From positions 1 to 26,641 of the forward strand of contig NEEC01000225.1 of assembly GCA_002189035.1 (NCBI GenBank): a stretch of 26,641 nt of DNA, in the 5' to 3' direction. This DNA is from Utricularia gibba. Lineage: Eukaryota; Plantae; Magnoliophyta. The translations under genes and the position numbers were made by a program. Below the pieces are notes generated by a model. The model searched no databases. It saw nothing but the letters and a program-made list of their open reading frames with translations, and had not been told where the DNA came from. Every line of letters starts with the position of its first letter. The stretch's first letter is position 1. Of the stretch, positions 1-14,239 are shown piece by piece.

Positions 1-3000
1 GAGAGTTAGTTGTAGCTCGGAAAATAAAGTGATGTATTTTATTAACGTTCAGTTTTGGGGGGCTGCCTACATGGTTTTTCAAGGAACAGCTTCTCGTTTT
101 GTGGCGGCCAGTCTCGCTGGGAATTGGTCCTTGACCCCGATTCTGTATGCTCATGAGGTCAACCGGATGCAAAATCGATTAAAGAAAATGATGCCTTTTG
201 TTAAATTACGATATCACGTGCACCCCACATGATTTTTTCAACAACTTACTTTATACTTGAGGAGGCGGTCTTGGGGTGCACCTAGAACGGGACAAAGGTC
301 AGGTTTGGCTTGCGCCGAGAGTTAGTTGTAGCTCGGCAAATAAAGTGATGTATTTATTAACGTTCAGTTTTGGGGGCTGCCTACATGGTTTTTTCAAGGA
401 ACAGCTTCTCGTTTTGTGGCGGCCAGTCTCGCTGGGAACTTGGTCCTGGACCCGATTCTGTATGGCTCATGAGGTCAACCGGATGGAAATCGATTAAAGA
501 AAATGATGCCTTTCTTTAAATTACGATATCACGTGCACCCACATGATTTTTTCAACAACTTGCTTTATACTTGAGGAGGCGGTCTTGGGGTGCACCTGGA
601 ACGGGACAAAGGTCAGGTTTGGCTTGCGCCGAGAGTTAGTTGTAGCTCGGCAAATAAAGTGATGTATTTATTAACGTTCAGTTTTGGGGGCTGCCTACAT
701 GGTTTTTCAAGGAACAGCTTCTCGTTTTGTGGCGGCCAGTCTCGCTGGGAACTTGGTCCTTGACCCGATTATGTATGCTCATGAGGTCAACCGGATGCAA
801 ATTGATTAAAAAAAATGATGCCTTTGTTTAAATTACGATATCACGTGCACCCCACATGATTTTTTCAACAACTTACTTTATACTTGGGAGGCGGTCTTGG
901 GGTGCACCTAGAACGGGACAAAGGTCAGGTTTGGCTTGCGCGAGAGTTAGTTGTAGCTCGGAAAATAAAGTGATGTATTATTAACGTTCAGTTTTGGGGG
1001 CTGCCTACATGGTTTTTCAAGGAACAGCTTCTCGTTTTGTGGCGGCCAGTCTCGCTGGGAACTTGGTCCTGACCCCGATTCTGTATGCTCATGAGGTCAA
1101 CCGGATGCAAATCGATTAAAAAAATGATGCCTTTGTTTAAATTACGATATCACGTGCACCCCACATGATTTTTTCAACAACTTACTTTATACTTGGGAGG
1201 CGGTCTTGGGGTGCACCTAGAACGGGACAAAGGTCAGGTTTGGCTTGCGCCGAGAGTTAGTTGTAGCTCGGAAATAAAGTGATGTATTTATTAACGTTCA
1301 GTTTTTGGGGCTGCCTACATGGTTTTTCAAGGAACAGCTTCTCGTTTTGTGGCGGCCAGTCTCGCTGGGAACTTGGTCCTTGACCCGATTCTGTATGGCT
1401 CATGAGGTCAACCGGATGCAAATCGATTAAAAAAATGATGCCTTTGTTTAAATTACGATATCACGTGCACCCACATGATTTTTTCAACAACTTGCTTTAT
1501 ACTTGAGGAGGCGGTCTTGGGGTGCACCTGAACGGGACAAAGGTCAGGTTTGGCTTGCGCCGAGAGTTAGTTGTAGCTCGGAAAATAAAGTGATGTATTT
1601 ATTAACGTTCAGTTTTGGGGCTGCCTACATGGTTTTCAAGGAACAGCTTCTCGTTTTGTGGCGGCCAGTCTCGCTGGGAACTTGGTCCTGACCCCGATTC
1701 TGTATGGCTCATGAGGTCAACCGGATGGAAATCGATTAAAGAAAATGATGCCTTTGTTTAAATTACGATATCACGTGCACCCACATGATTTTTTCAACAA
1801 CTTACTTTATACTTGAGGAGGCGGTCTTGGGGTGCACCTGGAACGGGACAAGGTCAGGTTTGGCTTGCGCGAGAGTTAGTTGTAGCTCGGAAAATAAAGT
1901 GATGTATTTATTAACGTTCAGTTTTGGGGGCTGCCTACATGGTTTTTCAAGGAACAGCTTCTCGTTTTGTGGCGGCCAGTCTCGCTGGGAACTTGGTCCT
2001 TGACCCGATTATGTATGCTCATGAGGTCAACCGGATGCAAATTGATTAAAAAAAATGATGCCTTGTTTAAATTACGATATCACGTGCACCCACATGATTT
2101 TTTCAACAACTTACTTTATACTTGAGGAGGCGGTCTTGGGGTGCACCTAGAACGGGACAAAGGTCAGGTTTGGCTTGCGCGAGAGTTAGTTGTAGCTCGG
2201 AAAATAAAGTGATGTATTTATTAACGTTCAGTTTTGGGGGCTGCCTACATGGTTTTTCAAGGAACAGCTTCTCGTTTTGTGGCGGCCAGTCTCGCTGGGA
2301 ACTTGGTCCTTGACCCCGATTATGTATGCTCATGAGGTCAACCGGATGCAAATCGATTAAAAAAATGATGCCTTTGTTTAAATTACGATATCACGTGCAC
2401 CCCACATGATTTTTTCAACAACTTACTTTATACTTGAGGAGGCGGTCTTGGGTGCACCTAGAACGGACAAAGGTCAGGTTTGGCTTGCGCCGAGAGTTAG
2501 TTGTAGCTCGGAAAATAAAGTGATGTATTTTTAACGTTCAGTTTTCGGGGCTGCCTACATGGTTTTTCAAGGAACAGCTTCTCGTTTTGTGGCGGCCAGT
2601 CTCGCTGGGAACTTGGTCCTTGACCCCGATTCTGTATGGCTCATGAGGTCAACCGGATGGAAATCGATTAAAGAAAATGATGCCTTTGTTTAAATTACGA
2701 TATCACGTGCACCCCACATGATTTTTTCAACAACTTACTTTATACTTGAGGAGGCGGTCTTGGGGTGCACCTGGAACGGGACAAAGGTCAGGTTTGGCTT
2801 GCGCCGAGAGTTAGTTGTAGCTCGGCAAATAAAGTGATGTATTTATTAACGTTCAGTTTTGGGGCTGCCTACATGGTTTTTCAAGGAACAGCTTCTCGTT
2901 TTGTGGCGGCCAGTCTCGCTGGGAACTTGGTCCTTGACCCCGATTATGTATGGCTCATCGAGGAACAGCTGCAAATCGATTTTGTAAAAAATGAGTCTCG

Positions 3001-6000
3001 CTTAGGGATATTCACGTGCACCCCATATGGCTCATGAGGTCAACCGGATGGATTCAAATTAAACTTACTTTATACTTGAGGAGGCGGTCTTGGGGTTTAG
3101 AACGGGACGAAAGGTCAGGTTTGCTTGCCCGACATGTATATTTGTCAGCAACGGTTGATATACTTGTGGAGTCTTTATTAACGTTCAGTTTTTGGGGGCT
3201 GCCTACATGGTTTTTCAAGGAACAGCTTCTCGTTTTGTGGCGGCCAGTCTCGCTGGGAACTTGGTCCTTGACCCGATTATGTATGCTCATGAGGTTGCCG
3301 GATGAGCGTTAAAAAATGAGCTCGGCAAATAAAGTGATGTATTTATTAACGTTCAGTTTTTGGGGGCTGCCTACATGGTTTTTCAAGGAACAGCTTCTCG
3401 TTTTGTGGCGGCCAGTCTCGCTGGGAACTTGGTCCTTGACCCCGATTCTCATGATTGCTCATTCAACAACTTGCAAATTTATACTTGAGGAGGCGGTCTT
3501 GGGTGCACCTAGAACGGGACAAAGGTCAGGTTTGGCTTGCGCCGAGAGTTAGTTGTAGCTCGGAAAATAAAGTGATGTATTTATTAACGTTCAGTTTTGG
3601 GGCTGCCTACATGGTTTTTCAAGGAACAGCTTCTCGTTTTGTGGCGGCCAGTCTCGCTGGGAACTTGGTCCTTGACCCCGATTATGTATGCATGATTCAT
3701 GATTTCAACAACCGTTGCAAATTTATACTTGAGGAGGCGGTCTTGGGGTGCACCTAAAAAATGGGACAAAGTTGTTTAAATTAGGTTTGGCTTGCGGAGT
3801 CGTGCACCCCATCATGATTTTTTGATGCAACAACTGCACCCCACATGATTTTTTCAACAACTTACTTTATACTTGAGGAGGCGGTCTTGGGGTGCACCTA
3901 GAACGGGACAAAGGTCAGGTTTGGCTTGCGCGAGAGTTAGTTGTAGCTCGGAAAATAAAGTGATGTATTTATTAACGTTCAGTTTTGGGGGCTGCCTACA
4001 TGGTTTTTCAAGGAACAGCTTCTCGTTTGTGGCGGCCAGTCTCGCTGGGAACTTGGTCCTTGACCCCGATTCTGTATGGCTCATGAGGTCAACCGGATGC
4101 AAATCGATTAAAGAAAATGATGCCTTTGTTTAAATTACGATATCACGTGCACCCCACATGATTTTTTCAACAACTTGCTTTATACTTGAGGAGGCGGTCT
4201 TGGGGTGCACCTGAACGGGACAAAGGTCAGGTTTGGCTTGCAGAGGAACAGTTTTGGGGGCTTCTCTTCTTTTTGTGGCGGCCAGTCTCGCTGGAACTTG
4301 GTCCTTGACCCCCGATTATGTATGGCTCCTTTGTTTATGAGGTCAACCGGGAGGCGGTCTTGGGGTGCACCTGGAATCAGATTAAAAAAAAAGTGATGCC
4401 AGTTTTTGGGGGCTGCCTACATGGTTTTTCAAGGAACAGCTTCTCGTTTTTGTGGCGGCCACTCGATATCACAACCGTGCACCCCACACGTGATGATTTT
4501 TTCAACAACTTACTTTATACTTGAGGAGGCGGTCTTGGGGTGCACCTGAACGGGACAAAGGTCAGGTTTGGCTTGCGCCGAGAGTTAGTTGTAGCTCGGA
4601 AAGTGTCAGTTTTGTGCCTTGGTTTTTCTTCTCGTTTTGTGGCGCCGAACTTGGTCCTTGACCCGATTATGTATGCTCATGAGGTCAACCGGATGCAAAT
4701 TGATTAAAAAAAATGATGCAAATACGAAGTGATGTTTTTTCATTTATTTGAAGGCGTCTTGGGGTGCACCTAGTTTTGGCTTGCGGGGGCTGCCAGTTTT
4801 GGGGGCTGCCTACATGGTTTTTCAAGGAACAGCTTCTCGTTTTGTGGCGGCCAGTCTCGCTGGGAACTTGGTCCTTGACCCCGATTCTGTATGGCTCATG
4901 AGGTCAACCGGATGCAAATCGATTAAAAAAATGATGCCTTTGTTTAAATTACGATATCACGTGCACCCCACATGATTTTTTCAACAACTTACTTTATACT
5001 TGAGGAGGCGGTCTTGGGGTGCACCTGAACGGGACAAAGGTCAGGTTTGGCTTGCGCCGAGAGTTAGTTGTAGCTCGGAAAGTGTCAGGTTTGGCAAGGA
5101 ACAGCTTGTTTTGTGCGGCCAGAACTTGGTCCTTGACCCCGATTATGTCATGTCAGCTCGGAACATGATTTTTTCAACAACTTGTGATGGGGTGCACCTT
5201 TATTAGTTGTAGCTCGGAAATAAAGTGATGTATTTATTAACGTTCAGTTTTGGGGGCTGCCTACATGGTTTTTCAAGGAACAGCTTCTCGTTTTGTGGCG
5301 GCCAGTCTCGCTGGGAACTTGGTCCTTGACCCCTCATGAGGTCAACCGGATGCAAATCGATTAAAAAAAATGATGCCTTTGTTTAAATTACGATATCACG
5401 TGCACCCCACATGATTTTTTCAACAACTTACTTTATACTTGAGGAGGCGGTCTTGGGGTGCACCTAGAACGGGACAAAGGTCAGGTTTGGCTTGCGCCGA
5501 GAGTTAGTTGTAGCTCGGAAATAAAGTGATGTATTTATTAACGTTCAGTTTTGGGGGGGGCTACATGGTCCCGATTCATGTATGGAACAGCTCATCTCGT
5601 TTTGTGAGCGGCCAAAAAAAATCTCGCTGGGAACTTACTCCTTGATCACGTGCACCCCACTCATGAGGTCAACCGGATGCAAATCGATTAAAAAAATGAT
5701 GCCTTTGTTTAAATTACGATATCACGTGCACCCCACATGATTTTTTCAACAACTTATACTTGAGGAGGCGGTCTTGGGGTGCACCTACTCGGGACAAATC
5801 AGGGGTGCACATGGCTTGCGCCAGAACGGGACATTAATGTCAGGTTCGGAAAATACGCCGTGATGAGTTCAGTTTTTTGGGAGCTCGGAAAATAAAGTGA
5901 TGTATTTATTAACGTTCAGTTTTGGGGGCTGCCTACATGGTTTTTCAAGGAACAGCTTCTCGTTTTGTGGCGGCCAGTCTCGCTGGGAACTTGGTCCTTG

Positions 6001-9000
6001 ACCCGATTATGTATGGCTCATCCCGATTATGTATGGAGGAGGCGGTCTTGGGGTGCATCAGTTTGGCTTGCGCCGAGAGTTAGTTGTAGCTCGAAAATAA
6101 AGTGATGTATTTATTAACGTTCAGTTTTGACATGGTTTTTCAAGGAACAGCTTCTCGAGTCTCGCTGGAACTTGGTCCTTGACCCCGAATGCTCATGAGG
6201 TCAACCGGATGCAAATCGATTAAAGAAAATGATGCCTTTGTTTAAATTACGATATCACGTGCACCCCACATGATTTTTTCAACAACTTACTTTATACTTG
6301 AGGAGGCGGTCTTGGGGTGCACCTAGAACGGGACAAAGGTCAGGTTTGGCTTGCGCCGAGAGTTAGTTGTAGCTCGGAAAAAAGTGATGTATTTATTAAC
6401 GTTCAGACATGGTTTTTCATTCTCGTTTTGTGGCGGCCAGTCTAACTTGGTTCAGTTGGCTCATGAGGTCAACCGGATGGAAATCGATGATGCCTTTCTT
6501 TAAATTACGATATCACGTGCACCCCACATGATTTTTTCAAGGGAGGCGGTCTTGGGTGCACCTGGAACGGGACAAAGGTCAGGTTTGGCTTGCGTTAGTT
6601 GTAGGGAAATAAAGTGATGTATTTATTAACGTTCAGTCCAGGTTGTGCGGCCAGTCTCGCTGGGAACTTGGTCCTTGACCCCGATTCTGTATGCTCATGA
6701 GGTCAACCGGATGCAAATCGAGATGCCTTTGTTTAAATTACGATATCACGTGCATGATTTTTTCAACAACTTACTTTATACTTGAGGAGGCGGTCTTGGG
6801 GTGCAAAACGGGACAAAGGTCAGGTTTGGCTTGCGCCGAGAGTTAGTTGTAGCTCTAAAGTGATGTATTTATTAACGTTCAGTACATGGTTTTTCAAGGA
6901 ACAGCTTCTCGTTTTGTGGCGGCCAGTCTCGCTGGGAACTTGGTCCTTGACCCCGATTCTGTACTCATGAGGTCAACCGCAAATCCCCGATATCACGTGC
7001 ACCCCACATGATTTTTTCAACAACTTACTTTATACTTGAGGAGGCGGTCTTGGGGTGCACCTAGAACGGGACAAAGGTCAGGTTTGGCTTGCGCCGAGAG
7101 TTAGTTGTAGCTCGGAAAATAAAGTGATGTATTTATTAACGTTCAGTTTTGGGGGCTGCCTACATGGTTTTTCAAGGAACAGCTTCTCGTTTTGTGGCGG
7201 CCAGTCTCGCTGGGAACTTGGTCCTTGACCCCGATTCTGTATGGCTCATGAGGTCAACCGGATGGATTAATGATGCCTTGATATCACGTGCACCCACATG
7301 ATTTTTTCAACAACTTACTTTATACTTGAGGAGGCGGTCTTGGGTGCACCTAACGGGACAAAGGTCAGGTTTGGCTTGCGCCGAGAGTTAGTTGTAGCTC
7401 GGAAAATAAAGTGATGTATTTATTAACGTTCAGTTTTGGGGGCTGCCTACATGGTTTTTCAAGGAACAGCTTCTCGTTTTGTGGCGGCCAGTCTCGCTGG
7501 GAACTTGGTCCTTGACCCCGATTCTGTATGGCTCATGAGGTCAACCGGATGGAAATCGATTAAAAAATGATGCCTTTGTTTAAATTACGATATCACGTGC
7601 ACCCCACATGATTTTTTCAACAACTTACTTTATACTTGAGGAGGCGGTCTTGGGGTGCACCTAGAACGGGACAAAGGTCAGGTTTGGCTTGCGCCGAGAG
7701 TTAGTTGTAGCTCGGAAAATAAAGTGATGTATTTATTAACGTTCAGTTTTTGGGGGCTGCCTACATGGTTTTTCAAGGAACAGCTTCTCGTTTTGTGGCG
7801 GCCAGTCTCGCTGGGAACACCCCGATTCTGTATGGCTCATGAGGTCAACCGGATTCAAATTAGGAACGAGCACCCCACATGATTTTTTCAACAACTTACG
7901 TTTTGTAGGGGACGGTCCAGTCTCGCGTGTATTTGGAATGGTTTTTCTTGTTTTGTGCGGCCAGTCTCGCTGGGAACTTGGTCCTTGACCCCGATTATGT
8001 ATTGCTCATGAGGTCAACCGGATGCAAATCGATTAAAAAAATGATGCCTTTGTTTAAATTACGATATCACGTGCACCCCACATGATTTTTTCAACAACTT
8101 ACTTTATACTTGAGGAGGCGGTCTTGGGGTGCACCTAGAACGGGACAAAGGTCAGGTTTGGCTTGCGCCGAGAGTTAGTTGTAGCTCGGAAAATAAAGTG
8201 ATGTATTTATTAACGTTCAGTTTTTGGGGGCTGCCTACATGGTTTTTCAAGGAACAGCTTCTCGTTTTGTGGCGGCCAGTCTCGCTGGGAACTTGGTCCT
8301 TGACCCCGATTATGTATGCTCATGAGGTCAACCGGATGCAAATTGAGATGCCTCGGATATCGTTCACGCCTACATGGTTTTTCAAGGAACAGCTTCTCGT
8401 TTTGTGGCGGCCAGTCTCGCTGGGAACTGGTCCTTGACCCCGATTTGTATTCAAGGTCAACCGGATGCAAATCGACCTTTAAATTACGATATCACGACCC
8501 CACATGATTTTTTCAACAACTTACTTTATACTTGAGGAGGCGGTCTTGGGGTGCACCTAGAACGGGACAAAGGTCAGGTTTGGCTTGCGCCGAGAGTTAG
8601 TTGTAGCTCGGAAAAATTTGTATTAAACGTTCAGTTTTGAGGGGCGATGGTTTTTCATCTCGTTTTGTGGCGGCCAGTCTCGCTGGGAACTTGGTCCTTG
8701 ACCCCGATTCTGTATGCTCATTTGCAAATTTCCTTTGTTTAAATTACGATATCACGTGCACCCCACATGATTTTTTCAACAACTTGCTTTATACTTGAGG
8801 AGGCGGTCTTGGGGTGCACCTAGAACGGGACAAAGGTCAGGTTTGGCTTGCGCCGAGAGTTAGTTGTAGCTCAAATAAAGTGATGTATTTATTAACGTTC
8901 AGTTTTTGGGGCTGCCTACATGGTTTTTCAAGGAACAGCTTCTCGTTTTGTGGCGGCCAGTCTCGCTGGGAACTTGGTCCTTGACCCCGATTCTGTATGG

Positions 9001-12000
9001 CTCATGAGGTCAACCGGATGGGGGCGTTTATTACCTGCACATGGAGGAGGCGGTCTTGGGTGCACCTAGAACGGGACAAAGGTCAGGTTTGGCTTGCGCG
9101 AGAGTTAGTTGTAGCTCGGAAAATAAAGTGATGTATTTATTAACGTTCAGTATTTGTGCGGCCAGTCTCGCTGGGAACTTGGTCCTTGACCCCTCATGAG
9201 GTCAACCGGATGCAAATCGATTAAAAAAATGGCAACGATTACTTGGAGGAGGCGGTCTTGGGGTGCACCTAGAACGGGACAAAGGTCAGGTTTGGCTTGC
9301 GCCGAGTGAAAGTTCAACATGGTTTTTCAAGGAACAGCTTCGAAAATAAAGGTGGATGCAAATCGATTAAAGAAAATGATGCCTTTGTTTAAATTACGAT
9401 ATCACGTGCACCCCACATGATTTTTTCAACAACTTACTTTATACTTGAGGAGGCGGTCTTGGGGTGCACCTAGAACGGGACAAAGGTCAGGTTTGGCTTG
9501 CGCCGAGAGTTAGTTGTAGCTCGGAAAATAAAGTGATGTATTTATTAACGTTCAGTTTTTGGGGGCTGCCTACATGGTTTTTCAAGGAACAGCTTCTCGT
9601 TTTGTGGCGGCCAGTCTCGCTGGGAACTTGGTCCTTGACCCGATTATGTATGGCTCATGAGGTCAACCGGATTAAATCGATTAAAGAAAATGATGCCTTT
9701 GTTTAAATTACGATATCACGTGCACCCCACATGATTTTTTCAACAACTTACTTTATACTTGAGGAGGCGGTCTTGGGGTGCACCTAGAACGGGACAAAGG
9801 TCAGGTTTGAGAGTTAGTTGTAGCTCGGAAATCAGACCTTTAGAACGGGACAGTTTTGTCAGGGGGCGGACGAGTTAGTAAGCTCGGAAATAAAGTGATG
9901 TATTTATTAACGTTCAGTTTTTGGGGGCTGCGGCCAGTCTCGCTGGGAACTTGGTCCTTGACCCCGATTATGTATTGCTCATGAGGTCAACCGGATGCAA
10001 ATCAAGGAACAGCTTCTCGTTTGTGGATTACTCGCTTGGAACACCCCGACATGATTCTGTATGCTCATGAGGTCAACCGGATGCAAATCGATTAAAAAAA
10101 TGATGCCTTTGTTTAAATTACGATATCACGTGCACCCCACATGGAAACCTAGAACGGGACAAAGGTCAGGTTTGGCTTGCGCCGAGAGTTAGTTGTAGCT
10201 CGGAAATGATGGTGATGTATTACTAACTAGAACGGGGGCAAGCCCATGTGTTTTTTCAACAACTTGCTTTACAGCTTTAGGCTCGGAAATCGTTGACCTT
10301 TAAACTTGGTCCTTGACCCCGATTAATGGGGGTTGAGGCCTCGCCGGTGCAAGATTACAGTTCTAGACACGTTCAGACAAATAAACTTGGTCCTTGACCC
10401 CGATTCTGTATGGCTCATGAGGTCTGCAAATCGATTAAAGAAAATGATGCAACGATATTTGGAGGAGGCGGTCTTGGGGTGCACCTAGAACGGGATCAGG
10501 TTTTTGCGCCGAGAGTTAAACAGTTTTGGGGCTTTAAGTTCTCGTTTTGTGGCGGCCAGTCTCGCTGGGAACTTGGTCCTTGACCCCGATTCTGTATGCC
10601 CGCACCCCGGCTTTTTTTCAACAACTTACTTTATACTTGAGGAGGCGGTCTTGGGGTGCACCTAGAACGGGACAAAGGTCAGGTTTGGCTTGCGCCGAGA
10701 AAGAGTACATGGTTTTTCAAGGAACAGCTTCTCGTTTTGTGGCGGCCAGTCTCGCTGGGAACTTGGTCCTTGACCCCGATAATGAGGTGGATGTATTTCA
10801 CGTGTTGATTTTTTCAACAACTTGGGAGGCGGTCTTGGGGTGCACCTAGAACGGGACAAAGGTCAGGTTTGGCTTGCGCCGAGAGTTAGTTGTAACGTTC
10901 AGTTTTGGGGGCTGCCTACATGGTTTTTCTTCTCGTTTTGTGGCGGCCAGTCTCGCTGGGAACTTGGTCCTTGACCCCGACTCATGTCAGGATTCGACCC
11001 GATATCACGATGATTTTTTCAACAACTTACTTTATACTTGAGGAGGCGGTCTTGGGGTGCACCTAGAACGGGACAAAGGTCAGGTTTGGCTTGCGCCGAG
11101 AGTTAGTTGTAGCTCGGAAATAAAGTGATGTATTTATTAACGTTCAGTTTTGGGGGCTGCCTACATGGTTTTTCAAGGAACAGCTTCTCGTTTTGTGGCG
11201 GCCAGTCTCGCTGGGAACTTGGTCCTTGACCCCGATTCTGTATGGCTCATGAGGTCAACCGGATGCAAATCGATTAAAGAAAATGATGCCTTTGTTTAAA
11301 TTACGATATCACGTGCACCCCACATGATTTTTTCAACAACTTACTTTATACTTGAGGAGGCGGTCTTGGGGTGCACCTGAACGGGACAAAGGTCAGGTTT
11401 GGCTTGCGCCGAGAGTTAGTTGTAGCTCGGAAATAAAGTGATGTATTTATTAACGTTCAGTTTTTGGGGGCTGCCTACATGGTTTTTCAAGGAACAGCTT
11501 CTCGTTTTGTGGCGGCCAGTCTCGCTGGGAACTTGGTCCTTGACCCCGATTCTGTATGGCTCATGAGGTCAACCGGATGGAAATCGATTAAAGAAAATGA
11601 TGCCTTTGTTTAAATTACGATATCACGTGCACCCCACATGATTTTTTCAACAACTTACTTTATACTTGAGGAGGCGGTCTTGGGGTGCACCTGGAACGGG
11701 ACAAAGGTCAGGTTTGGCTTGCGCCGAGAGTTAGTTGTAGCTCGGAAAATAAAGTGATGTATTTATTAACGTTCAGTTTTTGGGGGCTGCCTACATGGTT
11801 TTTCAAGGAACAGCTTCTCGTTTTGTGGCGGCCAGTCTCGCTGGGAACTTGGTCCTTGACCCGATTATGTATGCTCATGAGGTCAACCGGATGCAAATTG
11901 ATTAAAAAAAATGATGCCTTTGTTTAAATTACGATATCACGTGCACCCCACATGATTTTTTCAACAACTTACTTTATACTTGAGGAGGCGGTCTTGGGGT

Positions 12001-14239
12001 GCACCTAGAACGGGACAAAGGTCAGGTTTGGCTTGCGCCGAGAGTTAGTTGTAGCTCGGAAATAAAGTGATGTATTTATTAACGTTCAGTTTTTGGGGCT
12101 GCCTACATGGTTTTTCACAGCTTCTCGTTTTGTGGCGGCCAGTCTCGCTGGGAACTTGGTCCTTGACCCCGATTCTCTCATGAGGTCAACCGGATGGAAA
12201 TCGATTAAAGAAAATGATGCCTTGCACGTGCACCCCACATGATTTTTTCAACAACTTTTTATACCGGTCTTGGGTGCACCTGATCAGGTACTCGGCTCAG
12301 TTTTTGACATGGTTTTTCAACAGCTGTTTTGTGGCGGCCAGTCTCGCTGGAACTTGGTCCCCCCGATTCTGTATGGCTCATGAGGTCAACCGGATGCAAA
12401 TCGATTAAAAAAATGATGCCTTTTTAAATTACGATATCACGTGCACCCCACATGATTTTTTCACAACTTACTTTATACTTGAGGAGGCGGTCTTGGGGCA
12501 CCTGAACGGGACAAAGGTCAGGTTTGGCTTGCGCGAGAGTTACCGGCAAATAAAGTGATGTATTTATTAACGTTCAACCATAACAACTTGTTGCAGCTTC
12601 GGAGGTCTTGGCGTCAGTTTATTAAGAACGTTGTTTTGGGGGGCTGCCTACATGGTTTTTCAAGGAACAGCTTCTCGTTTTGTGGCGGCCAGTCTCGCTG
12701 GGAAATAATTGATGTATTTATTAACGATTCAGTTTTTGGGGGCTGCAAATCGGTTTTTCAAGTTAAAAAAAATGATGCAGCTTTAAGTTTTGTGCGGCCA
12801 GTCTCGCTGGGAACTTGGTCCTTGACGTGATTATGTATTGCATGCATGATTTTTCAACAACTTACTTTCATACGGATGCAGAAGTCGGTCTTGGGGTGCA
12901 CCTAGAACTTGGGACAATTACGATCATTCGTGGCTTTACCCCACATGATTTTTTCAACAACTTACTTTATACTTGAGGAGGCGGTCTTGGGGTGCACCTA
13001 AACGGGACAAAGGTCAGGTTTGGCTTGCGCCGAGAGTTAGTCAACTGGTTTTTCAAGGAACATAAAGTGATGCTCGTATTTGTGGCAGGCCAGTTTCTCG
13101 CCGCTGCAACTTGGTCCTTGGTTTTTCAAGGAACAGCTTCTCGTTTTGTGGCGGCCAGTCTCGCTGGGAACTTGGTCCTTGACCCCGATTCTGTATGCTC
13201 ATGAGGTCAACCGGATGCAAATCGATTAAAGAAAATGATGCCTTTGTTTAAATTACGATATCACGTGCACCCCACATGATTTTTTCAACAACTTACTTTA
13301 TACTTGAGGAGGCGGTCTTGGGGCACCTGAACGGGACAAAGGTCAGGTTTGGCTTGCGGAGATTAGTTGTAGCTCGGAAAATAAAGTGATGTATTTATTA
13401 ACGTTCAGTTTTGGGGGCTGCTACATGGTTTTTCAAGGAACAGCTTCTCGTTTTGTGGCGGCCAGTCTCGCTGGGAACTTGGTCCTTGACCCCGATTATG
13501 TATTGCTCATGAGGTCAACCGGATGCAAATTGATTAAAAAAATGATGCCTTTGTTTAAATTACGATATCACGTGCACCCCACATGATTTTTTCAACAACT
13601 TACTTTATACTTGAGGAGGCGGTCTTGGGTGCACCTGAACGGGACAAAGGTCAGGTTTGGCTTGCGCCGAGAGTTAGTTGTAGCTCGGAAAATAAAGTGA
13701 TTATTTATTAACGTTCAGTTTTTGGGGGCTGCCTACATGGTTTTTCAAGGAACAGCTTCTCGTTTTGTGGCGGCCAGTCTCGCTGGGAACTTGGTCCTTG
13801 ACCCCGATTATGTATGGCTCATGAGGTCAACCGGATGCAAATCGATTAAAGAAAATGATGCCTTTGTTTAAATTACGATATCACGTGCACCCCACATGAT
13901 TTTTTCAACAACTTACTTTATACTTGAGGAGGCGGTCTTGGGGTGCACCTGAACGGGACAAAGGTCAGGTTTGGCTTGCGCCGAGAGTTAGTTGTAGCTC
14001 GGAAAATAAAGTGATGTATTTATTAACGTTCAGTTTTTGGGGGCTGCCTACATGGTTTTTCAAGGAACAGCTTCTCGTTTTTGTGGCGGCCAGTCTCGCT
14101 GGGAACTTGGTCCTTGACCCCGATTATGTATGGCTCATGAGGTCAACCGGATGGAAATCGATTAAAGAAAATGATGCCTTTGTTTAAATTACGATATCAC
14201 GTGCACCCCACATGATTTTTTCAACAACTTGCTTTATAC

